Origin: Spongiibacteraceae bacterium
GTDB lineage: Bacteria; Pseudomonadota; Gammaproteobacteria; Pseudomonadales; CAMLJR01
Assembly: GCA_043786385.1 (NCBI GenBank)
Contig: JAYVWC010000001.1
Location: 9,250 to 73,249, forward strand
Direction: 5' to 3'
Length of the DNA stretch: 64,000 bases
This document shows, piece by piece, positions 1-11,242 of the stretch (positions within the stretch are counted from its first letter, which is position 1; every line of letters starts with the position of its first letter). The notes under the pieces are model-generated. The model worked only from the letters and a program-made list of their open reading frames with translations, ran no database searches and was not told the DNA's origin. The translations under genes and the position numbers were made by a program.

Positions 1-1190
1 GCGATCATATCGACATTGCTAAACGCAGCGACGAAATCATTTTTGATTAAACGGCGCACTTGCTGCGCTTTGCGGTAGTACGCATCGTAGTAGCCAGCCG
101 ATAACGCATAGGTGCCGACTAAAATGCGACGCTTCACTTCGTCGCCAAAACCTTCGGCGCGCGTGCGCGTGTACAAATCGTATAAATCTTTTGGATTGTC
201 GCAGCGATAGCCGTAACGCACGCCATCGAAGCGCGATAAATTCGCCGATGCTTCGGCGGGTGCAATGACGTAATAGCACGGCACCGCTAAATCGGTCAGC
301 GGCAACGAAATTTCTTTAACAATTGCGCCGAGTTTTTCTAATTCTTTAATTGCGGCGTGAGTTGCTTGTTCGATTTCGGGTTTTAAGCCGCTACCAAAAT
401 ATTCTTTCGGTACGCCGATGCGCAGGCCATCGAGTTTGTCGTTCAGCGTGGCGGTGTAATCGGGTGCTGCGCGCGCGGCGCTGGTTGAGTCGCGCACATC
501 GAAACCGGCCATTGCATTCAACAGTAATGCACAATCCTCCGCCGTGCGCGCCATCGGGCCGCCTTGATCGAGGCTCGATGCAAACGCAATCATGCCATAG
601 CGCGAAACGCGCCCGTAAGTCGGTTTTAAACCAGTGAGGCCGCATAACGCCGCCGGTTGTCGAATCGAGCCGCCGGTGTCGGTACCGGTTGCGGCTGCGC
701 ATAAATGCGCAGCGATTGCGGCAGCCGAGCCGCCGGATGATCCACCGGGAACGCAATCGACCGCCCACGGATTTTTTACTCCGCCGTAAAAACTGGTTTC
801 GTTCGACGAGCCCATCGCGAACTCGTCCATATTGGTTTTGCCGAGACACACTACGCCTGCTTGTGCCAACTTAGTAACGACGGTGGCGTCGTATGGCGGC
901 ACAAAATTGTCGAGCATTTTTGAGCCGCAGCTGGTTTTTACACCCGTCGTGCAAAAAATATCTTTGTGCGCGATCGGAATACCAGCGAGCGGGCCGCAAT
1001 TATTTTGCGCGCGCGCAGTATCGGCGGCGCGCGCTGCTGCGATCGCTGCTTCCGGCGTAACGGTGATATAGCTGTTGTAGCGCGCGTCGAGTTTTTCGAT
1101 GCGCGCTAAATAGTGCAGCGTTAATTCTTCGCTGGAAAATTTCTTCGCTGCCAGACCTGTTAACAGCTCGGCGATGGTGAATTGATGCAT
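1..1190 (-). CDS. gatA: Glutamyl-tRNA(Gln) amidotransferase subunit A, partial (3' end lies beyond the left edge)
   Basis: Absent from the ORF track because it runs off the window. The reverse strand from ATG at 1190 reads [28 protein letters not shown]... and contains the amidase signature ...[12 protein letters not shown].... It lies immediately downstream of gatC. Confidence 0.9.
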   Translation of the reverse strand, partial: MHQFTIAELLTGLAAKKFSSEELTLHYLARIEKLDARYNSYITVTPEAAIAAARAADTARAQNNCGPLAGIPIAHKDIFCTTGVKTSCGSKMLDNFVPPYDATVVTKLAQAGVVCLGKTNMDEFAMGSSNETSFYGGVKNPWAVDCVPGGSSGGSAAAIAAHLCAAATGTDTGGSIRQPAALCGLTGLKPTYGRVSRYGMIAFASSLDQGGPMARTAEDCALLLNAMAGFDVRDSTSAARAAPDYTATLNDKLDGLRIGVPKEYFGSGLKPEIEQATHAAIKELEKLGAIVKEISLPLTDLAVPCYYVIAPAEASANLSRFDGVRYGYRCDNPKDLYDLYTRTRAEGFGDEVKRRILVGTYALSAGYYDAYYRKAQQVRRLIKNDFVAAFSNVDMI

Positions 1191-1257
1191 GGGTCTTCTC
1201 GGTTGGATTTATTAGGCGCGCGTGTCGTTAAGTATTTCGTTAAACCGCACGGCCCGT

Positions 1258-1563
1258 TTACTCGATCACTTTCGGCACCAGATACAAGCCTTGCTCGCTG
1301 CGCGGTGCGATCGCTAAAAATGCATCGCGGGCTTGCAGTGCTTCGGTACCCGCCGGTTCGGTCACTTCGTCTAAGCGCAATCGCTGCGTGGCATCGAGTG
1401 GATTCGCCATCGGCTCGATGCCAGCGGTATCGACTTCCTGTAGGCGATCGACCATCGCCAGAATATTGCCGAGCCGTTGCGATAATTCGGGAATGTCGGC
1501 GGCGTCTAGGCGAATGCGGGCCAGTTTGGCGGCTTTTTCAATATCCGCGGCGGTGATGCTCAT
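1258..1563 (-). CDS. gatC: Glutamyl-tRNA(Gln) amidotransferase subunit C
   Basis: Within ORF 1258..1689(-). GatC-like sequence begins at the internal Met (MSITAADIEKAAKLARIRLD...PLDATQRLRLDEV...), with ATG at 1563. The length of about 101 aa is typical. Confidence 0.85.
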   Translation of the reverse strand: MSITAADIEKAAKLARIRLDAADIPELSQRLGNILAMVDRLQEVDTAGIEPMANPLDATQRLRLDEVTEPAGTEALQARDAFLAIAPRSEQGLYLVPKVIE

Positions 1564-1721
1564 AATTTTTCTCCAGTGCTGCTCGATTCTGTCGATTGTG
1601 CTGAACATGTTTGCTGCACTGTGCAAATAATTTGCTAAGCGACGAGTGCGCGCAGCGCGTCGCAATATGAAAAGTGTGGCGGCAGGCACAAAACAGCCGC
1701 TAAAGTTATCATATTTGCGCC

Positions 1722-1750
1722 TTGCCCTGAATCCCTGTGATTGATAGAGT
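1722..1750 (+). promoter_or_regulatory. Candidate sigma-70 promoter for mreB
   Basis: TTGCCC (1722-1727), a 17 nt spacer, then TAGAGT (1745-1750), about 30 nt upstream of the mreB ATG. Identified by motif match only. Confidence 0.3.
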
Positions 1751-1778
1751 GGCGCGCTTAAATCAAAAGGTGAAATAA

Positions 1779-2819
<1,041 letters not shown>

Positions 2820-2872
2820 AGTCTACCGAGTAAAGTTTCCACCACATAAGAAAAACCTACCGGGGTAGCGCG

Positions 2873-3745
2873 ATTAAACCTTTATTTCAAAAAGGCCCCT
2901 CGATCGGCTCGCGCATGTTGCTGCTATGCGTGCTCGCCTTCGCGCTGATTTTCGGCCATCTGCAATCGCCGTGGCTACGCGGCGTCGAATCCAATTTATC
3001 TGTATTAGCGACGCCGTTTTATTGGTTGGCGGATCTGCCGTATCGCCTCAAAGATTGGGGCGGCCATACGCTGCGCGATTGGCATAGCTTGCTCAACGAA
3101 AACGAAAAGCTGCGCGAGCAAACGTTAATTCTCGAAGCGCGAGTCGAAAAAATGGCCGCGCTCAGCGCTGAAAATACCCGTCTGCGTCAATTGCTCAACT
3201 CTTCTGCACATCTCGACGATAACGTGTTGATCGCCGAATTGATCGGCGTGTCGGCCGACCCATTGCGCCATATCGTGGTGATCAATAAAGGTCGCGATGC
3301 CGACGTCTATGTCGGTCAGCCGGTCATCGATGCGCATGGTTTCGTCGGCCAAGTCGTAGAGGTTAGTGTTTACTTCAGTCGAGTGATGCTGATCACCGAC
3401 AGCACCCATGCGGTGCCGGTGCAGGTTAATCGCAACGGCGTACGCGCGATCGCCGAGGGTGCCGGTATGATCGACGAATTGCAGCTGACCCACCTCGCGA
3501 CGACGATGGACGTTAAGCCTGGCGATCTATTAGTTACCTCCGGTCTGGGCGGGCATTTTCCGGCGGGTTATCCGGTGGCGGTGGTGACCGCGGTCGATCG
3601 TAGCCCGAATACTTTTATGAAAGTAACTGCGCGTCCCGCCGCGCAGCTCGATCAAGCCAGCCACCTACTGCTGATCTTTCGTGAGAAAGGCGCGCTGCCG
3701 ACACCGGAGCAGGAGCTATCGAGTAGCCCCGGCGGTGCGCCATGA
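2873..3745 (+). CDS. mreC: Rod shape-determining protein MreC (probable ATT start; first ATG is at 2915)
   Basis: ORF 2915..3745 has the MreC coiled-coil and beta-barrel sequence. The in-frame codons upstream, from ATT at 2873, encode IKPLFQKGPSIGSR, which matches the conserved MreC N-terminus (E. coli MKPIFSRGPSLQIR). A GGGG Shine-Dalgarno-like run sits 6-7 nt upstream. Confidence 0.85.
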   Translation: MKPLFQKGPSIGSRMLLLCVLAFALIFGHLQSPWLRGVESNLSVLATPFYWLADLPYRLKDWGGHTLRDWHSLLNENEKLREQTLILEARVEKMAALSAENTRLRQLLNSSAHLDDNVLIAELIGVSADPLRHIVVINKGRDADVYVGQPVIDAHGFVGQVVEVSVYFSRVMLITDSTHAVPVQVNRNGVRAIAEGAGMIDELQLTHLATTMDVKPGDLLVTSGLGGHFPAGYPVAVVTAVDRSPNTFMKVTARPAAQLDQASHLLLIFREKGALPTPEQELSSSPGGAP

Positions 3746-4233
3746 CGGCGGAACCGCGGGCCAGCGGGCGCGGCATTATCGCGGTGACGCTGGTCATCGC
3801 GCTATGGCTCAGCGTTATTCCATTGCCCGACTGGGCGCGTTGGGCGCGGCCGGAATGGGTGGCGATGGTGTTGATCTACTGGGTAATCGCATTGCCGCAT
3901 CGGGTCGGTATCGGTATTTCGTTTGCCACCGGTTTGGCGCTGGATTTGGTGGAGGGCGCACCACTGGGGCAAAACGCATTTGCACTTGGCGTGATCGCGT
4001 ACTTGGCCTTGATCATGTACCAACGCATGCGTATGTATACCGCGTGGCAGCAAGCCGGCATCGTGTTCGTGCTGGTCGGCTTGAATCAAATGCTGTGCCA
4101 CTGGGTGCAGACGCTGATTACCAAGGTGGTGCCGACGCTGTTATTCCTATTGCCGACCTTGGTGTCGGCGTTGTTATGGCCAACGCTGATGCCTTTGCTG
4201 CGCAAAATGCGGCGACATTTTATGGTGACTTAA
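3742..4233 (+). CDS. mreD: Rod shape-determining protein MreD
   Basis: 163 aa polytopic membrane protein. It overlaps the mreC stop by 4 nt and occupies the canonical mreBCD position. Confidence 0.9.
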   Translation: MTAEPRASGRGIIAVTLVIALWLSVIPLPDWARWARPEWVAMVLIYWVIALPHRVGIGISFATGLALDLVEGAPLGQNAFALGVIAYLALIMYQRMRMYTAWQQAGIVFVLVGLNQMLCHWVQTLITKVVPTLLFLLPTLVSALLWPTLMPLLRKMRRHFMVT

Positions 4234-4236
4234 GGC

Positions 4237-4872
4237 ATGGCGGCCAACGCTCCAACTCCCGTTTTATATTTGGCGTCGCAGTCGCCGCGGCGGCGCGAGC
4301 TATTGATGCAAATCGGTATTCGTCATCGCGTGATCGATGTCGAAGTCGACGAAACTCTCGAGGCCGATGAAGCAGCAGCGATTTATGTCGAACGTATTGC
4401 GCGCGCTAAAGCCGCGGCGGGTTGGGCCGCGTGTAGAGCAAATGCATTGCCGCTGCTGCCAGTGCTCGGCGCCGATACCAGCGTTGTTCTCGATGGCGAC
4501 GTGCTCGGTAAACCACGCGATGCCGATGAGGCTCGGGCGATGTTGCGACGCTTGTCGGGACAGAGTCACGAAGTGCTGACCGGCGTTAGCGTATGCGGCA
4601 CGATCGAGCAAATCGCCTGTGTTAGCAGCACGCGCGTTTGGTTTCGATCGTTAACCGATGCGGAGATTGAATGGTACTGGGCCAGCGGCGAGCCGCGCGA
4701 TAAAGCCGGTGCGTATGGTATACAAGGGCTCGCAGCGCGCTTTGTCGAGCGCATCGAAGGTAGTTACAGCGGCGTAGTGGGATTGCCATTGTTCGAAACT
4801 GACGCGCTGTTACGTCAATTTGGACTCGCCGTTGCGCTGATCGAAAGCGACGAGAGTAGCGATCATGAATGA
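4237..4872 (+). CDS. maf: Maf-like nucleoside triphosphate pyrophosphatase
   Basis: 211 aa. Contains LYLASQSPRRRELL and ...DKAGAYGIQG... Maf motifs. It sits between mreD and rng, as in many Gammaproteobacteria. Confidence 0.9.
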   Translation: MAANAPTPVLYLASQSPRRRELLMQIGIRHRVIDVEVDETLEADEAAAIYVERIARAKAAAGWAACRANALPLLPVLGADTSVVLDGDVLGKPRDADEARAMLRRLSGQSHEVLTGVSVCGTIEQIACVSSTRVWFRSLTDAEIEWYWASGEPRDKAGAYGIQGLAARFVERIEGSYSGVVGLPLFETDALLRQFGLAVALIESDESSDHE

Positions 4873-6352
4873 AGAAATTTTAATTAATATCGTTGCGTTG
4901 GAGACGCGCGTTGCGCTGGTAGAAAACGGTGTGCTGCAAGAGGTGTACATCGAGCGCGAACGTTCCAAAGGTACGGTCGGCAATATTTATAAAGGCACCG
5001 TGGTGCGCGTGTTGCCGGGAATGCAGGCGGCATTTGTCGATATCGGTTTGGAGCGCGCCAGTTTTTTGCACGTCTCCGATATTTTTATGCAGGGCCAGGA
5101 CGGCATGGAGCAGCGGCCCGCGATCGGCGCGGCGCCGCCGGATATTCGCAGCGTGCTGCGCGAAGGGCAATCGGTGCTGGTGCAGATCAACAAAGATCCG
5201 CTCGGCAGCAAGGGTGCGCGTCTAACCACACACTTATCGATCTCTTCGCGCTTTCTCGTATACATGCCGCAAACGTTGCACATCGGTATTTCGCAGCGCA
5301 TTGAAGATGAGGGCGAACGCAATCGCTTAAAAGTGTTGGTGGAAAGTTGCGTCGCCGCCGAGGATATGCAGCAGGCCGGTGGTTTTATCGTGCGCACCGC
5401 TGCTGAAGGCGCCGGCGAACAAGAGCTGTTAGCGGATATTCGTTTTCTCAAACGCCTATGGCGCGATTTGGTCGAGCGCATTGCGAGCAATCCGACGCCG
5501 TCGATCATCTACGAAGATCTACCGTTATTTTTGCGTACGATGCGCGATTTAGTGCGGCCTAATCTGGAAAAAATTCGCGTTGATTCGAGCGCGATTTATC
5601 AGCGCGTGGTCGAATTTGCGCGCGCGTATTTGCCCGAAGTGTGCGAGCGCATCGAGTTGTATAAAAGCGAGCGACCGCTGTTTGATTTATACGGTTTGGA
5701 AGCTGAAATTCAAAAAGCGTTGGGACGCAAAGTTGAACTCAAATCGGGCGGCTATTTGATCATCGATCAAACCGAAGCGATGAGCACTATCGATGTCAAC
5801 ACCGGTGCATTTGTCGGCAGTCGCAATTTAGAAGAAACCATTTTCAAAACAAATTTAGAGGCGGCGACGGCGCTTGCGCGGCAACTGCGCGTGCGCAATC
5901 TTGGCGGCATTATCATCATCGATTTTATCGATATGAAAGATCCCGAGCATCGCCGCCAGGTGTTGCGCACTTTGGAAAAAGCGATGGAGCGCGATTACGC
6001 AAAGATCAGCATCACCGGCGTATCCGAATTGGGTTTGGTGGAGATGACGCGCAAGCGTACACGCGAAAGCTTGGGCCATATGCTGTGCGAAGCGTGCCCG
6101 GTATGCGAAGGGCGCGGCTCGCTAAAATCCGCCGAGACGGTTTGCTACGAAATTTTTCGCGAGATTTTGCGCGAAGCGCGCACCTACGAAAATGATAAGC
6201 TGCTGGTGTTGGCAGCGCAGACCGTGGTCGATCGTTTGTTGGACGAGGATTCGTCGGTGGTTGCCGATTTGGAAGAACTGCTCGGTAAAAGTATTCAGTT
6301 TCGCGTCGAGACCATGTACTGCCAAGAGCAATTCGATGTCGTGCTGCTGTGA
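4865..6352 (+). CDS. rng: Ribonuclease G
   Basis: 495 aa. It has an S1-like N-terminus (GNIYKGTVVRVLPGMQAAFVDIG), an RNase E/G catalytic core and the CPVCEGRG zinc-link motif. Confidence 0.93.
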   Translation: MNEEILINIVALETRVALVENGVLQEVYIERERSKGTVGNIYKGTVVRVLPGMQAAFVDIGLERASFLHVSDIFMQGQDGMEQRPAIGAAPPDIRSVLREGQSVLVQINKDPLGSKGARLTTHLSISSRFLVYMPQTLHIGISQRIEDEGERNRLKVLVESCVAAEDMQQAGGFIVRTAAEGAGEQELLADIRFLKRLWRDLVERIASNPTPSIIYEDLPLFLRTMRDLVRPNLEKIRVDSSAIYQRVVEFARAYLPEVCERIELYKSERPLFDLYGLEAEIQKALGRKVELKSGGYLIIDQTEAMSTIDVNTGAFVGSRNLEETIFKTNLEAATALARQLRVRNLGGIIIIDFIDMKDPEHRRQVLRTLEKAMERDYAKISITGVSELGLVEMTRKRTRESLGHMLCEACPVCEGRGSLKSAETVCYEIFREILREARTYENDKLLVLAAQTVVDRLLDEDSSVVADLEELLGKSIQFRVETMYCQEQFDVVLL

Positions 6353-6389
6353 TCGCAGTGCGTCGCAACGAGGGTGAGCTGCAGCGCCG

Positions 6390-9300
6390 ATGATCTCGCG
6401 TCCAGTTTGGATTTGGCTCAACCGCCTGCTGTGGACATTTTTGGTCGGCGCCGTGCTGGTATTGGGCGTACTGGTTAGTCTGGGGCGGCATTATTTACCG
6501 TACGTCGAAGCGCACCAAACTGAAATCGTCGCGGCATTAAAACAGCGCACCGGCTTATCGATTAGCGTCGGTCATCTGCGTGCCTATTGGCAATATTTGT
6601 CGCCGCATTTAGTTGTCGACGATTTCAAGTTATACAGCCCCGAATATCCCGAGCAAGCCGTGCTGCAAATTCAGCATCTCGAAGTACGGCTGGGGCTATT
6701 CCGCAGCATCGATTCGCATACGCTCGCGATCAGCAAACTCGAAGGCAGCGGGGTGCGGGTGTCGCTCACCGAAGCGGCGCTTGGGCATTGGCATCTGTCG
6801 GGATTTTCGTCGAGCAGCAATGTCGATTTCGATCGCGTGCTTGATGCATTGCTGGCCATTTATCGCGCCAAGCTGCGCGATACGCATGTCGATTTACATT
6901 TTTTTGGCGGCGGCGAGGCGGAATTGATCGGCGAGCAATTGCGCTTGCAGCGGGTCGGCGATTTTCGGCGTCTCAATTTGGCGCTGGGTACGGCCGATCG
7001 CGCTGCGCCGTTAACGTTGGTGATCGAAGCCAACGGCGATCCGCGGTGGGCCGAGCATTTTTCGGCGAGCGGCTACGCGGTATTTTCCAAATTGGATTTG
7101 AGTGCGGTGCTGCCGACTGTCAAAGCGGCTGGTAACGAGTTACAGAATGGGCGTGTCGATGGCGAGGTCTGGCTGGACTGGCGTCCCGACGCGGATATCG
7201 AGTTGCGTGGGCACCTGTCGACACCACATTTGGATTTGGCGGGGTTGACCGGGCGCGATTTGCCGCCGTTAACCAATCTGGCGGTCCAGTTTTTGTTGCG
7301 CGATAAGGCCGAGCAACGCCAGTTATGGCTGCCGCAGCTAACGATGCAATGCGGCGCTACGGCGCTGAGCTTTTCGCACCTGCGGATCGCCGAGGATGGC
7401 CTGCACCCGGATGTCCTGCAAGTACAAATTCCGACGTTAGCGCTGTCGCCATTGCGCGCTGCGTTGCTGCAAACGAAGCTGCCGGACGCAGCCCGACAGG
7501 CGCTCGTTGAGCTGGCGCCGGTCGGCACGCTGCGCAATGCATGGCTCGCCGTGCCGATTTCATCGCAGCATCGCGATGCGTTCCGCTTGCGTACCGAGGT
7601 GGCCGATTTGACGGTGGGATCTTGGCATGGAGCACCCGGTGCGAGTGGCATCGCGGGTTATCTCGATATGGGTTTGCACGAGGGCATCTTCGATCTTGCT
7701 GCTGCCAACATGGCACTGGTATTTCCACAGGTCTATCGCGAAGCGCTGCGCTTCGATACGGTGCGTGCGCAGGTCGGTTGGGAATTGGCGCCCGACCGCG
7801 TGCTGGTTTACAGCGGACCGATTCGCGCCGATAGCGCCGCAGGCGAAGCGAGCGTGTTATTGGCGCTCGATATACCGCATGCGATCGACGCTGCGTCATC
7901 GATGACCTTGCAGGTCGGGTTACAGCATTCGGGGGCTGAGTATCGCGATCGATTTTTGCCGTATACGCTGCCGCCCACTTTGTTGACTTGGCTTGGTGCC
8001 GCGGTACAAGGCGGCACGATACCGGCTGGCGGATTTATTTATCGCGGTGCGATCAGTGGCGCGTCGCATCTCGGCACTACTGTGCAGTTGTTTCTCGATG
8101 TCCGCGATGGTCGCTTGAAATATCAGCCCGATTGGCCGGAGTTGGCGGATATCCGCGCCGCGGTGTGGGTCGACGATGCGGACCTGCTCGTACAAAGTCC
8201 GTCGGCGCGCAGTTTTGATCAAATCCGCACGCGCGATGTGCAGGTGGAGATGCATCCTGGTGCCGACGGCAGTTGGTTGACAGTGCGCGGCGATGTGGTT
8301 GCGCGCGACGACGATGTGCTGCGTCTGCTGCGTGAAAGTCCGTTGCATCAGCACGTCGGCACTGCGCTGGATCATTGGCGCTGGCGCGGCGTCGTTAATG
8401 CGCAGCTCGATTTGGGTTTCGCTATCGGCGGTGTGCGGCCAGCACAGTTGCGAGTCGACAGCGAGCTGGGGTCTGGTCAGCTCGCGCTGGTCGATCAAGG
8501 GCTCCTACTCACCGCCGTGCGCGGCCCGCTTCAGTATCGCTCCGGCACCGGTTTGCAATCCTCGGCGATCGCAGCCGATTGGTACGGCAAGCCGCTCACT
8601 GCGGAGGTCAGTGTCGATAGCAACGGCGCGCTGAAGGTGGCGGTTGTCGGCCGGGCAGCGGCGGCAGATATCAGCGATTGGTTGCAACAGCCGGCCCTCG
8701 GTTATGCGTCCGGTACCACCGATTTCCGCGCGCTGCTGCAAGTCGTCGGCGCGCATAGCGAGTTGAGCATCGCGTCGGATTTGCTCGGCGTCGAGATTAA
8801 GTTACCGCCGCCGTATGCCAAAGCGGCCAATGAAACCTTGCCGCTGGCATTAACGATGCCGATGACTGGCAACCGTAAACTAACGGCCACTCTCGGCGGG
8901 TTAATCGATCTGAATTTGCAATGGAGCGATACGCAAGTATTGCAAAGTGGGGTGCTGCGACTCGGCGGGGTTGGAGATACCACTATCAGCAGCAATCGTC
9001 TGGTTGTCACCGGCGTTGTCCCGGCCGTGGATCTCGATCAATGGGGCGATTTGGTGGAGTATCTACACACCAGCGTTAGCAGCACTAAGTCTGTTGCTGT
9101 GCCGTTGTCGTCTGTTGCTCTGCCGTTGTCGCTGGAGCTGCGCGATTTACGTCTCGGCGAGGTCAGCTTCGCCGGGCAGACGCTGCGCGATGTGACGTTA
9201 GCGGGGCAGCGCGGCGATAACGGCTGGCGGCTTTATGTGACCGCCGATCGTGCGGCCGGATCGGTGTTGCTGCCAAGCGTTGCCGAGCAGCCTTGGCGAG

Positions 9301-10295
9301 TCCATCTTGATTACCTGCACTTGCCGGCGTCGACGCCGGGCACTGCGGTGTCGAGTATCGACAGCTTTGATCCAGCCAAAGTCTTGCCGATCGATCTGCG
9401 CATCGATCGGTTGTGGCGCGGCGACGAGTCTTGGGGTTGGCTCGAGCTACAGTTGCGGCCGGTCACCGATGGCTTGGTGGTGCAGCAGTTGATCGGCGAG
9501 CTGCGCGGCATTCGCATCGAGCCGCGCGTCGAACAGCCGGCCAGTCTGAGTTGGCTGCGTCAGAGTGGCGTCGATCACAGTAGTTTCACCGGCCGACTCG
9601 GCGTCGCAGACATTGGCGACGTGTTGCAGCGCTGGCGGTTTGAGCGCGTACTAACTTCGACGAGCGGTTATCTCGACGCTGATATTAATTGGACTGGGCG
9701 TCCCGATCAGGCGACGTTGCACAACACCGATGGCAAAGTACGGCTGGAGATTACCGAAGGTCGCTTTTTGAAAGTATCGGGTTCGACGGCAGGGGCGCTT
9801 AAAGTGGTCGGCATTTTTGATTTCGCGAATTTTTTACGGCGTTTGCAGCTCGATTTTTCCGATGTGTTTAAGGATGGGGTTAGCTTCGATACGTTGCAGG
9901 GAGGATTGTCGGTGCAGCAGAGCATTTTAACCACCACCACCCCAGTTGAGATAAAAAGCCCATCGAGTACGTTCCGCATCGCCGGGGCCATCGATTTTAA
10001 TACCGATCAAACCGATATGGAGTTGGTCGCTACCTTGCCGGTGGCGAGAAATCTGCCGTGGATCGCGGCGCTGGCGGTCAACTTGCCAGCGGCCGCTGGC
10101 GTGTATGTGGCGAGCAAAATTTTTGGCGACCGCGTCGATAATTTTACCAGTGTGGCCTATGACATCGATGGTCCGTGGCGCGATCCGCAGGTTAAGTTGC
10201 GCCGTATTTTCGACGCTAAACTACCGCCAAAGGCAGCCTTGGATGCTGCAGTCGAATTGAAGAAAAACGAATTGAATACTACTCATGCGCGGTAG
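6390..10295 (+). CDS. yhdP: YhdP/AsmA2-family large inner-membrane-anchored periplasmic protein
   Basis: 1301 aa with a single N-terminal TM helix. The size and the position directly after rng are characteristic of YhdP (TIGR02099-type). Confidence 0.85.
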   Translation: MISRPVWIWLNRLLWTFLVGAVLVLGVLVSLGRHYLPYVEAHQTEIVAALKQRTGLSISVGHLRAYWQYLSPHLVVDDFKLYSPEYPEQAVLQIQHLEVRLGLFRSIDSHTLAISKLEGSGVRVSLTEAALGHWHLSGFSSSSNVDFDRVLDALLAIYRAKLRDTHVDLHFFGGGEAELIGEQLRLQRVGDFRRLNLALGTADRAAPLTLVIEANGDPRWAEHFSASGYAVFSKLDLSAVLPTVKAAGNELQNGRVDGEVWLDWRPDADIELRGHLSTPHLDLAGLTGRDLPPLTNLAVQFLLRDKAEQRQLWLPQLTMQCGATALSFSHLRIAEDGLHPDVLQVQIPTLALSPLRAALLQTKLPDAARQALVELAPVGTLRNAWLAVPISSQHRDAFRLRTEVADLTVGSWHGAPGASGIAGYLDMGLHEGIFDLAAANMALVFPQVYREALRFDTVRAQVGWELAPDRVLVYSGPIRADSAAGEASVLLALDIPHAIDAASSMTLQVGLQHSGAEYRDRFLPYTLPPTLLTWLGAAVQGGTIPAGGFIYRGAISGASHLGTTVQLFLDVRDGRLKYQPDWPELADIRAAVWVDDADLLVQSPSARSFDQIRTRDVQVEMHPGADGSWLTVRGDVVARDDDVLRLLRESPLHQHVGTALDHWRWRGVVNAQLDLGFAIGGVRPAQLRVDSELGSGQLALVDQGLLLTAVRGPLQYRSGTGLQSSAIAADWYGKPLTAEVSVDSNGALKVAVVGRAAAADISDWLQQPALGYASGTTDFRALLQVVGAHSELSIASDLLGVEIKLPPPYAKAANETLPLALTMPMTGNRKLTATLGGLIDLNLQWSDTQVLQSGVLRLGGVGDTTISSNRLVVTGVVPAVDLDQWGDLVEYLHTSVSSTKSVAVPLSSVALPLSLELRDLRLGEVSFAGQTLRDVTLAGQRGDNGWRLYVTADRAAGSVLLPSVAEQPWRVHLDYLHLPASTPGTAVSSIDSFDPAKVLPIDLRIDRLWRGDESWGWLELQLRPVTDGLVVQQLIGELRGIRIEPRVEQPASLSWLRQSGVDHSSFTGRLGVADIGDVLQRWRFERVLTSTSGYLDADINWTGRPDQATLHNTDGKVRLEITEGRFLKVSGSTAGALKVVGIFDFANFLRRLQLDFSDVFKDGVSFDTLQGGLSVQQSILTTTTPVEIKSPSSTFRIAGAIDFNTDQTDMELVATLPVARNLPWIAALAVNLPAAAGVYVASKIFGDRVDNFTSVAYDIDGPWRDPQVKLRRIFDAKLPPKAALDAAVELKKNELNTTHAR
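9090..9131 (+). repeat. 21-bp in-frame tandem duplication inside yhdP
   Basis: TCTGTTGCTGTGCCGTTGTCG (9090-9110) and TCTGTTGCTCTGCCGTTGTCG (9111-9131), encoding SVAVPLS/SVALPLS. Confidence 0.9.
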
Positions 10296-10303
10296 GGGGT
10301 GCC

Positions 10304-11158
10304 ATGCAGAGCCATGATGCGGCGACCCAAATCGTCAAAATAGCTGCGTTGCAAATGGTCTCGTCCAAGGAGGTCGCCGTTAATCTTGCAACTGCTGCGC
10401 GGTTGATCGCCGAGGCCGCAGCGGTCGGCGCAAAGTTGGTGGTATTGCCGGAAGCTTTTGCGCTATTTGGTGGCGACCAGCGACAGTTAGGTATGTTGGA
10501 GGCGGGGCCTAATCCGGCAGTGCGACAATTTTTAGCAGCGCAAGCGTTGCAGCATCAGGTGTGGTTGGTGGGCGGCACAGTGCCGCTGTTAGAGGTTGGG
10601 CAAGTGCGACCGTATGCATCGTGTTTCGTATACGACGATAGCGGTCGCGAAGTCGCGCGCTACGATAAAATGCATTTGTTCGATGTCGATGTCGGCGATC
10701 GTCAAGGTAGCTATCGCGAATCCGATACGTATCTGCCCGGCCAACAAGTCATTACCGTGGCAACCCCGTTTGGACGCGTGGGGCTCGCTGTTTGTTACGA
10801 TTTACGTTTTTCCGAATTGTTTCAATTATTGCGCGAGCAGGGCGCAGAAATCATCGCGCTGCCATCGGCGTTTACGCGCCGCACCGGCCTCGCGCATTGG
10901 TTGCCGTTACTGCGCGCGCGTGCGATCGAAACGCAGTGTTACGTGATCGGCGCCAATCAAGGTGGGCAGCACAGCGCGCTGCGCCATACCTCGGGTGGTT
11001 CGGCGATTATCGATAGTTGGGGCGAAGTGCTGCGCGAAGCGCCGTTCGGCGAGTGCTGTATCGTTGCGGATATCGATTTAGATAAATTGCAGCGCGAGCG
11101 CGCGGCGATGCCGGTGCAGCAGCATCGACGTTTTAAGATCACTCCGATCGTGCAATAA
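10304..11158 (+). CDS. Carbon-nitrogen hydrolase (nitrilase superfamily) protein
   Basis: 284 aa. The Glu-Lys-Cys triad contexts LVVLPEAF, YDKMHLFD and GLAVCYDLRF are present. It is commonly found after yhdP. Confidence 0.85.
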   Translation: MQSHDAATQIVKIAALQMVSSKEVAVNLATAARLIAEAAAVGAKLVVLPEAFALFGGDQRQLGMLEAGPNPAVRQFLAAQALQHQVWLVGGTVPLLEVGQVRPYASCFVYDDSGREVARYDKMHLFDVDVGDRQGSYRESDTYLPGQQVITVATPFGRVGLAVCYDLRFSELFQLLREQGAEIIALPSAFTRRTGLAHWLPLLRARAIETQCYVIGANQGGQHSALRHTSGGSAIIDSWGEVLREAPFGECCIVADIDLDKLQRERAAMPVQQHRRFKITPIVQ

Positions 11159-11242
11159 CATACGATTTCAGCGCACTAAATTTAATTCGCTAAATCTCAT
11201 TTAAGGCGCGGCATCTACCGCTGTTCTATTTTTAGGTTATCG

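Noticed and set aside
1639-1663. GC-rich hairpin GCGACG...CGTCGC in the gatC/mreB divergent spacer.
   Set aside because: The stem is only about 6 bp of solid pairing, with no T-tract and no clear positional relationship to either start. It cannot be distinguished from chance in GC-rich DNA.
11159-11242. A bidirectional terminator was expected between the convergent nitrilase-like gene and yjgA.
   Set aside because: Only a 4-bp GCGG/CCGC stem with a T-rich tail is present. The region is AT-rich but has no convincing hairpin.
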